Source of the DNA: Sarea resinae
Lineage: Eukaryota
Direction: 5' to 3'
DNA length: 64,000 nt
Assembly: GCA_026026165.1 (NCBI GenBank)
Contig: JAPEUD010000016.1
Span: forward strand, 310,001 to 374,000
Below are positions 1-10,162 of this stretch, one piece after another. Position 1 is the stretch's first letter. The number at the start of each line of letters is the position of its first letter. Both the position numbers and the translations under genes were made by a program. The notes under the pieces are model-generated. The model was given only the letters and a program-made list of their open reading frames with translations. It was not told the origin of the DNA and made no database searches.

Positions 1-407
1 CGATTACCAGAGATCTTACCTATGTAACCCCTACGAAGCAATTGTTTTCTGCTGCGAAGATACCCACGGGTACCTATTGGAGTAGTGGCTTATGTAAAGA
101 AGATGTGTGGCCGATTCGAGTTTTGGACGTTTATCGTCGAACGTCTCATGGTTTGTTTACTCCGGCTACGTCCTTCCCGAAGTAGTAGTCGGCGGAGGAC
201 ATTAACGCTCCTGAACTAAAGAAAGTTTCCTGTTCGGGCAGCCTTTTCTTGAATCACAACCAGAATCTGTCTGCTGTAGGAGACAAGAATGGGCTAGAGG
301 AGCTCTTGAGAATTCATCAAATAATGAGCGAGCCAAATCTGAGCCCAACAATGCCTTTCGATCAACAGCCAACGTGTTATTCCTCGCTGATCCCATCCCC
401 AGGCTAT

Positions 408-3400
408 TCATCTCGCACCTGAACTAAAACCAGCCCTTCCAATCCCACTTTTCTCACACATTTTCCTAAAGACGCCACCCGCCTCCCACAATTCCTTTGG
501 CGTGCCTTGCTCCCCAACCTTGCCCTCCTCAATAACGATGACTCGGTCATAGCCCACGATAGTCCGCAATCGATGCGCAATGACAATCAGAGTGTTATCT
601 CTGAAAGCTGTAGCCATGGTCCGTTGGATGACGAGGTCGGTATCCATATCTACAGAGGAGGTGGCCTCGTCGGCGACGATGATGCGGGTGTTGCGGATGA
701 GGGCGCGGGCAAGTGCTAGGAGTTGGCGCTGGCCAAGGGAGAAATTAAGGCCTTCCTCTGATACAGGAGTCTCGAGGTGGATACGCTGGGTGGGAGAAGA
801 TTGCGAAGAAGATGCGAGTGTATTGTTGGAATCGGAGTCCGAAGGGTTACCTCCATCAGCGGGTAGAAGATTTGCTTTTCTCAAAGCATTCCAGAGCTCA
901 AGGTCGGTATGTTGGTTGAAAGGGTCAAGGTTCGAGCGAATGGTCCCCTTAAAGAGGGTGGGGTCTTGTGGGATGATGGTAAGGCGTTCACGCAGGTCCG
1001 AGAGGGGAATCGTGCTTATATCAATGTCGTCAATCGTTATTGTTCCTGCGGCAGGTTCGATGAGCCGGAAGAGCGCAGACATAATTGTGGATTTGCCTGC
1101 CCCTGTGCGGCCGACAACGCCGACGTGTTCCCCGGGGCGAACGTTCAGGGTCAAATCACGAAGAATGAGCGGAAGTCCATCTCGATAGCGCATTTGAACC
1201 TTATTGAAAGCGATCGCCCCTTCTTCTGGCCAGGAGGATGGTGGAGCTTTGATCGGTTCCCTAGGAGAGTCTTCCGCTTCTGCTCCGACTCCTGTCCCTT
1301 CTTCTTCCAAGGTCGTGTAGTAGTAATGAAGCCGCTCGGTTGCATTCATTGAATTCTCGACTTCAGCGAATTGCCGGACAGTTGCTTGCATGAGTTGGAC
1401 AACGGGTAAGACAGAGGACAGAATGACTCCCGCGATGCTAGGTGAGACGTTAATTTTGGATGTGGCGACTAGGATACCCGTCACGAAGACAAGAAGATTG
1501 CCAACACAATCAAGTCGGAATGTAAGCCATCTTTGATTCGCGACTGTCAGGTAATAGGCACTGTTCATGCTATCAATAGCTTCTTCGAGTTCCTTGACAA
1601 AAGCGTGCTGGACATTATATGCTCGGATGCATGCCACCCCAGCCAATGCCTCTCCAAATCGAGCAAACATATTGGAACGTTGGACGGCTTCGTGGCGCTT
1701 CATCTCTCGAGCAGATGCCCGGTAGTAGCCAGAGACGAAGACAAAGATCATGATCGAGGGTACAATCGCAATGGCGAAGTAGTAGTAGAAGACAATGGTG
1801 AGGATGAAGACTGCAACGATGCCAACTATGGTCATGAAGAATATACGCATAGAGTCCACAAGATTGTTATCCATGGTATCGACATCTTTTGCAAAGCGAT
1901 TCAGAATCCGGCCCATAGGCGTAGTCTCGAAAAATGACATGGGCGCATGGAGAACACGGTTTATCGCGCGAACATAGAACGCTTTGCTCGCTCGTGTGCC
2001 AGCTATCGAGATGCCGAACCCGAAAGCAAAGTACGCGAAAAGTTGAAACATGGCAAGGCCCACATAGACGCCAATATATTGATTCATCGAAAGATCAAAG
2101 TCTCCTGACGTCCAGACAGAAAGCCAAAGATTTGTTGCGAGCTGGGCACATTGAGCCACCACTAAAATGATAATCAAGAAAGGGGCGTTAAGTATACTGC
2201 CAGACGCCAATATGTAGTCTTTATATACCTTCCATGGTATGGCCTTTACTGCACGCTCTTCTAGGCGCATCAGGCCTGCGGTAGGTTCCACTGGAGACTT
2301 CTCGCCATCTTGCTGCTTCTCATTTGCCTTGGCCGGAGCTTTCTCCTCTTCGTCTTCTTGTACCGTACTGGTCATCAGTTTGGCAAATCCTTTGTTGTTG
2401 GCCAGAAGTCTCTCGTATGTATCCAATGCCTGGATTCGTCCATCTTGCAGCCATAGAACGCGGTCACAGCGGCTTAAAACGTGGACTTGATGGGTAGCCA
2501 GAATCCTGCTTTTCCCTCTCAAGAGCCCCATGATAGCTTGGTCAAAGATATGACGGCCAACGTGAGCATCCACAGCAGAAAGAGGGTCGTCCATGAGGAT
2601 AATGTCAGCACCGGAATATATAGCCCTAGCGACGTTAAGACGCTGCTTCTGTCCACCTGAAATGGTTATACCCCGCTCACCAATCTCTGTCAAGTCACCA
2701 TGAGGAAAGATGTCAAGGTCTGCTTGCAGCGCACATGCATCGATGACGTTTCGATAATGCTCGGGGTCGAATGTCTTGCCAAAGAGAATGTTATCTCGAA
2801 CGGTTGCATTCTGGAGCCAAGGATACTGGGGACATAAGGCCCGTGAAGCGCCGATCAAGGCTTCCCCGGCAGTCTTTCGCATGTCACCAGCCAAAGCTGC
2901 TAGCAATGAGCTTTTACCACAACCAACTGTTCCTATGACAGCCAGTAACTCCGCTCGTCCGACCAAGAAATCCATGTCTAGAAGTTTGAAGGAATGCCCC
3001 GCTTTCTCTGCAAAATAATCTGCATTGGTAGACCTTTTCCGTATCGTCTCGACATCGGATGTGTTTTGGCTGCTTTCCTCTCCGGTGTAACCTTTGTGCG
3101 GCTCGCCGGTGTTTTTCTCGTCGACGATCTTCTCCTGCTGTGAGACCATCTTTGCAGCCGCTCCAGCGCCAGCATCATTGCTCTCCCAAGTGAAAGATGC
3201 GTGCCTTATATCGACTAGATTTGTCATCTTCTCGTCGATCGCGACATCATTTGCTCTTTCCTCGGAGTTCAAATACTCCTGGATCCGTCCAATGGAAGAC
3301 CAGGCGTCTAAGACCCTGCTTATAGCAATAGGAAGCTGGGTGAGCTGGTTGCGAAGACAATTGAATAGAGCAAGGGATGAGAAGACCCGCGAAGCGTGTA

Positions 3401-4689
3401 GAGAATGCGACGTCAAAGCGTATGTAATGAACGAAAGCATTGAAGCGAACATAGGTAAAGATAGAGCGCAAGTATGAACGGTGACACGGGTGGTCAAAAG
3501 GCGCTGGAGTCCAGCAACTTCCTGCTTTCTGACATTTCCCAGCCGAGCTAGAAAACTCTGTTCCCATCCGAAGTATTTTACAAACTTGATAGCCTGCAAG
3601 ATCTCCTGGGTCAATGAGATTCGTTGATCTGTGATCTTGTTGATAGATTTTCTTCGGCGAAGGAGAGCTTTCAACGCTCGCGTGATGAGTGGTAGGGCTA
3701 GAAAGACGAGCCCAAATCCAGCAAGAGCGCTATACGTGATGTTGACGATAAGAAGCGCGAGAGTGAGGAGTACGGCAATAGGTGCGGTCCACATCTGGTG
3801 AAAATTTCCGCAAGCTTGGTCGATTCGATAAGAATCTGTAGACATCAGATTCATTATGCGGCCATTGCCCCAGCCCAATCCAGCATCTTTTGCGTGATTG
3901 AGCTGGTGCCTTCTAGCTCGCCGTCCCGAGCCGTTCCTTTTTGGAATTAGCTGGGAATTGATAACCCCGCCAGCTTTAGCTCTGCCTGATATCCTGAATG
4001 ACTTCTCGAAAATGACGCTGATCAGGACCGCTCGGGACTGTGCGCCAACCATCATGCTTCTGTACGTATAGTGATTGGTTCCCAAACTTTGAACGATCAA
4101 CATTAACGTGATACCGATTGCAAGTCCTACCCCCTTACCAATAGCCGGGGGCGTTTGCTGATCTTTATGAGCATTATATGTAGTCGTTGCGAATTGAATT
4201 AGATATCGAAGAGTAAAGGGGGCCAAGACTGAAAGGATGTCGGAAAATAGTCGACAGATCCCACCAATCCAGAATTCTCGCATGAAGATATCATGAAACG
4301 CCCATACCAACGGGTATCTGTCCCCGCGTTGAACACGGGCTGTAAAGCTTTTTTTGAAGCGACTGCTCATTGGCGATGCACAACGTTTGGGATTGACCAA
4401 CGGTATATCATTCCACTCGAGCGGTCGGTTATAGCCGACCTGCCAATCTGTAGTTTCAGCAAGGCTGGGTGTTGATGTCTCGAAGGGAAAGATCACTTAC
4501 AGCCATGATCGGCGTCAACCAATCGAATGTCAGCTTGCTGAAGAACCCGGCATCTTGCTCTTTCGACTTTTCCCTCCCCTCTGGCACAGCCGGTACTATC
4601 TGCCATTTGAGCGGATTGAGCCTCCCCAGCCCACGTCTGCCTTTCGTTCCGCCCCTAGATCCAGCTTCCTTATCACACTCGGTTGCCAT
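408..4689 (-). CDS. YOR1: ABCC/MRP-family full-length ABC transporter (YOR1-like); 2 exons, intron 4440-4500
   Basis: TMD-NBD-TMD-NBD layout with Walker A GTVGCGKS and GRTGAGKS and signatures ISGGQKQ and FSLGQRQ. Exon 1 MATECDKE...FFSKLTFDWLTPIMA joins VGYNRPLE in frame through a 61-nt GTAAGT..CAG intron. The start could lie further upstream. Confidence 0.9.
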
Positions 4690-5754
4690 CCTATGCAGTT
4701 CTACTTGATCTCTCCGCAAGGTTTCGAGGGAAGGTTTTTGACAACCGCAAACGGACTCGAGAAAAAGATTGGATCAGTTGACCTGAAAAAGAGGGCATTC
4801 TGCGAATAAAGAAACGAACTCAGAAGGTTCAAGTTGACAGGCAAATGGCCCGATGCAATGTGAAGCATCGCGGCTCCGATGCCCCTGATGGATCCCACTC
4901 GGCTTGCCATCGAATTGCAACCGGGGCAAATTGCAGCATCCCGCCCACGATTGCCATTCTCGGCATCCAGACAGTGAATCTGACACGCATAATGGCCGGC
5001 AACAACTGGATGACTTGATCCCTTATGATATTACTGCTGCCGGTAAGTGCATCGTGCGGTGCAAATGAGACCAGGTCGGGCCGACATGGCCGCTGCCTGC
5101 TGCCTGTTGCATACGCGAGTGGATTCAATGCCCGATACCCAAATCCCGGCCCGCTCCCGCCGGTAGACACTGGTACTTCGTACCTTCAAGGTTCCGATAT
5201 AGACGCCTGAGAGAAAAAGGACAGGTCGACGGCCTTTCATGTTTTCTATCATATGAGAGGCGCAAGCAAAGCCGAGAGCGTGGCCACTGGAATCAATGGA
5301 ATCAGTGAAAATTGTAAAGGTAGAATGAGACGCTCGATTTGCGTCTTCTACTAATATACCGAGATAATCGCAGTCTCTGATGAACAATCCAATCCAAGTC
5401 AATCTTACAAGTGTCTCCTGCCCAGATAAAATGCAAGAAATGGCAATTAAGGGGTTTACACGTTGCGTGCGCACCACCACTGCATTTAGTAGTATCACTC
5501 CATTCATCACAGCCAACGTCTCAGCCAGCTCTTTCTCTCGTGGTCTGCCAAGAATGCCCCGACTACGCCGATCACCCTTTGGCCTAGCTCTACTCCACAG
5601 TATCTACTCCGGAGTACACGAGCCGGCCCTTGGCAGCGATAGACCATGCTAAGGAGAAAGGGTGCTCCATAGTATTTGCCAGACTCTGCACCGGTATGTC
5701 CTCCGAGGTTCATATACGGCTATTTTCCATCCCGAACATCCAAGCAAGACAATT

Positions 5755-5848
5755 GGTCTTATGGCGCAATTGGCTAGCGCGTCCGGCTGTTAAGTTCTTA
5801 AGAACCTAGCGTACCGGGAGGTTGGAAGTTCGAGCCTTCCTAGGACCG
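5755..5848 (+). tRNA. tRNA-Asn(GTT) with a 20-nt intron (5793-5812)
   Basis: Acceptor stem GGTCTTA/TAGGACC, A-box TGGCGCAATTGG, anticodon stem TCCGG/CCGGG around CT-GTT-A, B-box GTTCGAGCC and a downstream T5 run. Confidence 0.95.
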
Positions 5849-6230
5849 TATGTTTTTGCTTCCGCTCTCCGCATTTCGTTTTGTCATTGCTACCCTCTGG
5901 GTGTGCCCATCAAGCTTTTTCTCGATTGAGAGAAAAGCAAAGTGGAGGAGCTCAATTGGTGTTGCCGATGGTCACGTCCCTCCGTGAATGGATCGAAACT
6001 TTTTTGGGCTTCTGTGTTCCTGGGAAGCGATCAAACAGTAAAATATAAGTCACTCAAGTTACTCAACGAGTCAAAGTCCAAAATGATCGGCAACGGGAGT
6101 CAAGTCAGTCATGTAAATGAATATATTTGCACTTTCAGCTGCCAGCAATCAATCAAGATGAGAGGGCTCGATTGGGATAAAAAAATGATCTCTTTTTCTG
6201 ATAAAAAAGAAAAACATATAGTCAAAATAT

Positions 6231-6324
6231 CGGTCCTAGGAAGGCTCGAACTTCCAACCTCCCGGTGCGCTAGGTTCTCAAGAACTTAACAGCCGGACGC
6301 GCTAGCCAATTGCGCCATAAGACC
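6231..6324 (-). tRNA. tRNA-Asn(GTT) with a 20-nt intron (about 6267-6286); second, inverted copy
   Basis: Reverse complement of 5755-5848 apart from two intron substitutions; T-runs follow on the minus strand. Confidence 0.95.
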
Positions 6325-6839
6325 TTTTTGATGAAAGAATCAGGCCTTGACAAATCTATATACTGCCGTTCTATTATCAAAGACAATCTGCAGCAAAAAA
6401 GACGGAGCACATGGACTTTTTCATGGGTCTAATAAACCACTGTCATATCGTTTCTAAGCTTGGAAGATATAATCGACAGTGAGACCATCAGAGTATCGGG
6501 GTTCCAAAGCAGGAATGAATTTTTAGAGAAGACCTTCACGCGGAGAAAGAAATTGTGAAATGTTAGGAGGCATCATTCGGCTCAAGGACAGCCAATATTG
6601 AAGTCGATCCCGTAACGTAGGAGAGCGTATTTGATTATGTTTTCAAGAAGTTTAGTCATCACTATCCATCCTAGATTTGAAAAAGCCACTCAATATCATG
6701 AGTGCCTAAGGATATCGCTTGAAATTTGTTCCCTTTGCCTTATCTATGGCCACCCATTCGCCAACCCAGACTCCCCTCAGCTGTCCGGCTTCCAAACTCC
6801 AGATGCACCAGTAATCAAAATCATATGCACATATACGCT

Positions 6840-7572
6840 TCATTCCTGCGGCCCGTGGTTATACTTGTCGGTTGCTGACTTAAAAAGTTCCTGTTGCTGC
6901 CTCAAAAGTTCCTCCTCGGACAGCCCGCTCTGCTCCATTTTTGACTGCTTCTTCTCCCTTGTCTGTAACGCAAAACATGCATCAGTATCAATCAGTATGA
7001 ATGATGCAATGAACATATGATAGTGCCTACCTTCTGCTGCTCTCGATGGTCGTTTGCGACAGCCAAAACTTCCTGGACGTAATCCTCAAACCCCAGCTCC
7101 TCGAGTGCTTTGGTGACGTGTTCGCATGCGATAGTCTTCTTTGCTTCTTTCTCGGCCAGATCGTTCGCTTCAGAGGAGATTAAAGTGATGAACTCGACGC
7201 AGCATTCGATGAGGAGGTCTCGCGCATCTTTCGCAAATGTGAGACCTGATGATGACGGGAGGATTTCGGTTATGATTTTTTGGACAGTTGCTGCTCCAGA
7301 TTAGACATGCGGTGTAAAAGCGTCACTTTAGATCGGGCAAGCAGGGTATGGAAGATGACTCGACGCTGTGGGAACTTACCCTTTGGTAAAGACAGATCCT
7401 CGTTGCCTAGAGTATCGATAGTTAGCCTTGACTACGCAGGCGCATCAGCCTGCTATGGGACCTCGAAGAGTTCAATGCCAAGGCGAGATGAGCAGTTTAT
7501 CTTCTTGTGAATGGTCTGAAGCAGGGATCCAGCAAGATTGCCGTACATACCTCCAAATTCACGGTCTGACAT
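6840..7572 (-). CDS. NCB2: Negative cofactor 2 beta subunit (Dr1/Ncb2, histone fold); 4 exons
   Basis: Spliced translation MSDREFG-GNEDLSLPK-ATVQKIITEILP...FAKDARDLLIECCVEFITLISSEANDLAEKEAKKTIACEHVTKALEELGF...TREKKQSKMEQSGLSEEELLRQQQELF; GT-AG introns. Absent from the ORF track. Confidence 0.93.
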
Positions 7573-7950
7573 TGTGGTGATAAAGTGGCTAGCGACGTCG
7601 GGAGGGTCCCAGGCCTCCAATGTGTACTGCGAAATAAACCGTCAAGGACAGTAAACTGGGGGATTCAAGTGAGAGGGATTGGGGCAGCAACGGAGCGCAG
7701 TCGCTTTCCTTTATGCTGCGCTTCAATTATTTCTTGATTCATACTGTATGTCAAAGCCCAGGCCAAGGTGGATGCGGAAGAAGCCGAGGCGAGCCGCAGT
7801 AGCGTGTCTCTCTACCGAAAACTTCATTTCATTCAAGTCTCGAATTCTTTTCCTCCGACTCCTTCTTCCAAACATCAACAACAATGTAAGTTCATCAGTC
7901 TCTCCCATCACCTCAAGCTTCTGCTTCGTTATTTGCCTTTTCCCCAACAT

Positions 7951-8047
7951 TCGATGATGAACATTCGTGTCGCCCCTAACAGACCATTGAGCCTTGTGCT
8001 CTCGTGGTGACCAACACTGTCCTAGCCAAACGGACTATCTGAACCGA
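7951..8047 (+). ncRNA. Box C/D snoRNA 1 (snR60/U80-like guide for LSU Gm908)
   Basis: C box ATGATGA 7954-7960, guide TCGCCCCTA 7970-7978 before D' CAGA 7980-7983, C' GTGGTGA 8004-8010, D box CTGA 8039-8042. The guide is antisense to conserved LSU UAGGGGCGA. Confidence 0.75.
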
Positions 8048-8286
8048 TCCTCTCAATCATTCATCTTTAGCCATGCGGACATCAGATTGAATTTGGCTAA
8101 CGTGGCTTCTCAATATATAGGGCAGCATGTCTTGACGAAGTATCTTGATGAGACACTATTCTAGCTACATGGTTCATTGTGATGGCTATAACATCCCTTG
8201 GGTTACTTATGAGGAGATGATTTTTCCTGTCGCTAAGTAGGTATGTGGACTTTCCCCTAACACCTCGAAAGTTCTTTTGTACACTT

Positions 8287-8368
8287 TGTATGATGAGCAC
8301 TCTTTTTAAGTACTATCAAATGCTGAAAAACTCATGTTGAGCATTTACTGGTTCGATTACCTGATACA
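8287..8368 (+). ncRNA. Box C/D snoRNA 2 (two guides: SSU AUUUGAUAGUAC and LSU UAAUCGAACCA)
   Basis: Terminal stem TGTA/TACA, C box ATGATGA 8290-8296, guide GTACTATCAAAT 8310-8321 before D' CTGA 8323-8326, C' ATGTTGA 8334-8340, guide TGGTTCGATTA 8349-8359 before D box CTGA 8361-8364. Confidence 0.88.
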
Positions 8369-8665
8369 TTGTCACCATCTTCCATCTGCTCGCTTTTTCC
8401 TTTCTTGGATAACAAGCTGACTTATGTGAAGTTGTAGAGGACTAATCACCCACGACTGCTTTCGTCTTGCATCGATCTCACGCCAATCTTTCTTCAAACA
8501 TGTGCTAAGATCGGCTAAGATCCCGCTGTGACTTGGATGACTGGGCTATCCAGTATACACGGTATATGCTTCACTAATGTTATTCAAGTACTATCTCTAT
8601 CAAGAATCCTCTACCCATTCGGTATGTATATGCCAATTTTTTCAATCAATCATTCTGTTACCCTT

Positions 8666-8758
8666 GGCTTATGATGTAACAAACTCCATGCTAATGCTGA
8701 TGACGTTTTGAACGTCAGATGCTGAAAAATCAAGACTTTTCATCTTTCAACTGAAGCC
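8666..8758 (+). ncRNA. Box C/D snoRNA 3 (snR53-like SSU Am796 guide plus an LSU GAAAGAUGAAAAG guide)
   Basis: Terminal stem GGCT/AGCC, C box ATGATGT 8671-8677, guide TCCATGCTAAT 8685-8695 before D' CTGA 8697-8700, hairpin TGACGTT/AACGTCA, C' ATGCTGA 8719-8725, guide CTTTTCATCTTTC 8736-8748 before D box CTGA 8751-8754. Confidence 0.88.
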
Positions 8759-8880
8759 CCATTCCTCGTCTTTGCTCTTTCAAGCCAGTGCCTGAAAATA
8801 TGCTGACGATAGTCTTTCAGCTTAATGATTCATGGATGCCTTGATGATGCAAGGAGGTTGAAACTGTCAAAGCTTATCAA

Positions 8881-10162
8881 TTATCCTGATATGCAGCCAG
8901 TTCTTTATCATTCCAACTATATATATTAGCTTTGATACAGAAAATGACAATTTACATACTTGAAATATTGTCCACTGAGTTCTCGGGGTCCGTCAAGTGC
9001 CAATTTTGCCTGCTAGGATTAGCTTCGGCGCCACTCAGTCCGTTGGTCTGTCAAGAGATACCATTACATGACCAGGCTGTTCCGGCTTCAAGAGCCCGCC
9101 ATTTTTCTTCAAGTTCAAGAACTTCTCGGCATCCTTGGGACCCATGTTTTTGGAATGGATGTCTCTCAATTCAGTCTGCATTTGTGTGTCCACGATGCCA
9201 GGCCGGATAGAAATAGTGGTAACATTGGGCTCTTCAGTCCCCAACGTCCGGCCCAGATGATTCAAGGCTGCTTTGGAAGAGCCATAGGAACCCCAGCCCT
9301 GGTAAGAGGAGAAGGCGGCTCCTGATGAGGTGAAGATGATTCGACCATGAGATTCTCGGAGAGCTGGTAATGCTGCTTTCACCTATTGTGCCGTCTGTCA
9401 GAATGATATCTGCCAATCCAGAACATGGAGCTGCTGAAAATCCCAAACGGTCATATCCCGCGCCTACAGTGGCGGGCGCGATAGCGGTCATTCCGCATGA
9501 CCAGGTAACGTGAAGGATGGGACACGCAGGCTACTTCTGCACAGGCTTCTTGGCCATCTGCAGTGCATGTACCAATGCAAGTCCCAAACCTTCTCTAGGA
9601 TTTGGGGGGCGGCTGGAGACTCACGAAGGCCAGGGCGCCAAAGAAGTTGATATCGAACGCCTTTCTCCACTGCTCGACGTCACAATCGGCCACTTTCGTG
9701 ACGGGCTCCAAGACACCGTGGTTGACTATGAGGCCATCTAGCTTGCCCCAGGTCTCGAGTGCGAGGTGAACGGCCTGGTCGCCGATCGAGAAGTCGGTCA
9801 GGTCCCCTGCGATGACCTTGACCTGGCCTGGATACTGCGAGGCGAGCTGGTCGAGGGCCGCTTTGCTGCGGGCGAGGACGACCAAGTTGGTGGATTGCGG
9901 GGCGCGCAGGAGATAGTGGGCGACGGCGAGGCCGATGCCTGGGACGCGAGGTATATCAAATGGTCAGATCAAGTCAGGTCGGATCAATTACTCTTTCCAG
10001 ATTGATATGGATGGGGATCAAAAGGAAGTAAAGGCAGCATTGGGTGCGGGAGTGCGGCGACGAAGCGGCATGCTGGGCATTTGCGGGCATCAGAGCGAGG
10101 CAGGTGGGGAATTGAGTGTTACCTCTGGACGCGCCAGTCAGGATGACGGTCTTTGGTGGCAT
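8881..10162 (-). CDS. Short-chain dehydrogenase/reductase (sepiapterin/benzil reductase-like, YIR035C/IRC24 type); about 5 exons
   Basis: MPPKTVILTGASR|GIG (TGxxxGIG), LIVNHG, TSSGAA, catalytic YGSSK and IRPGIVDTQMQ; last exon WNDKELAAYQD*. Confidence 0.88.

Larger units (their letters stand above)
7850..8860 (+). ncRNA. Putative non-coding snoRNA host gene with 3 snoRNA-bearing introns (7886-8120, 8241-8437, 8622-8820); transcript ends approximate
   Basis: Donors GTAAGT, GTATGT, GTATGT; branch points GCTAAC 8096, GCTGAC 8416, GCTGAC 8802; acceptors TAG, TAG, CAG. The joined exons give no substantial ORF. Confidence 0.75.

Noticed and set aside
3..427. Possible 3' end of a plus-strand gene (open frame 3-150, intron-like GTTTGT..AAG, further open frame to a stop at 425-427 overlapping the ABC stop)
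   Set aside because: No recognisable protein motif, weak splice signals and truncated by the window edge.
5031..5516. 161-aa minus-strand ORF upstream of the ABC transporter
   Set aside because: No domain-like features; it lies in the presumed promoter and spans a GTAC-N3-GTAC element.
8140..8220. Possible fourth C/D snoRNA (TTGATGA ... GTGATGG ... ATGA) in host exon 2, and an AG|GT recursive splice site at 8240/8241
   Set aside because: No CTGA D box, no guide adjacent to a box, and no properly spaced branch point before the AG.
9383..9624. Long (242-nt) SDR intron with small hairpins, considered as an H/ACA or C/D snoRNA host
   Set aside because: No correctly placed H/ACA or C/D boxes found.
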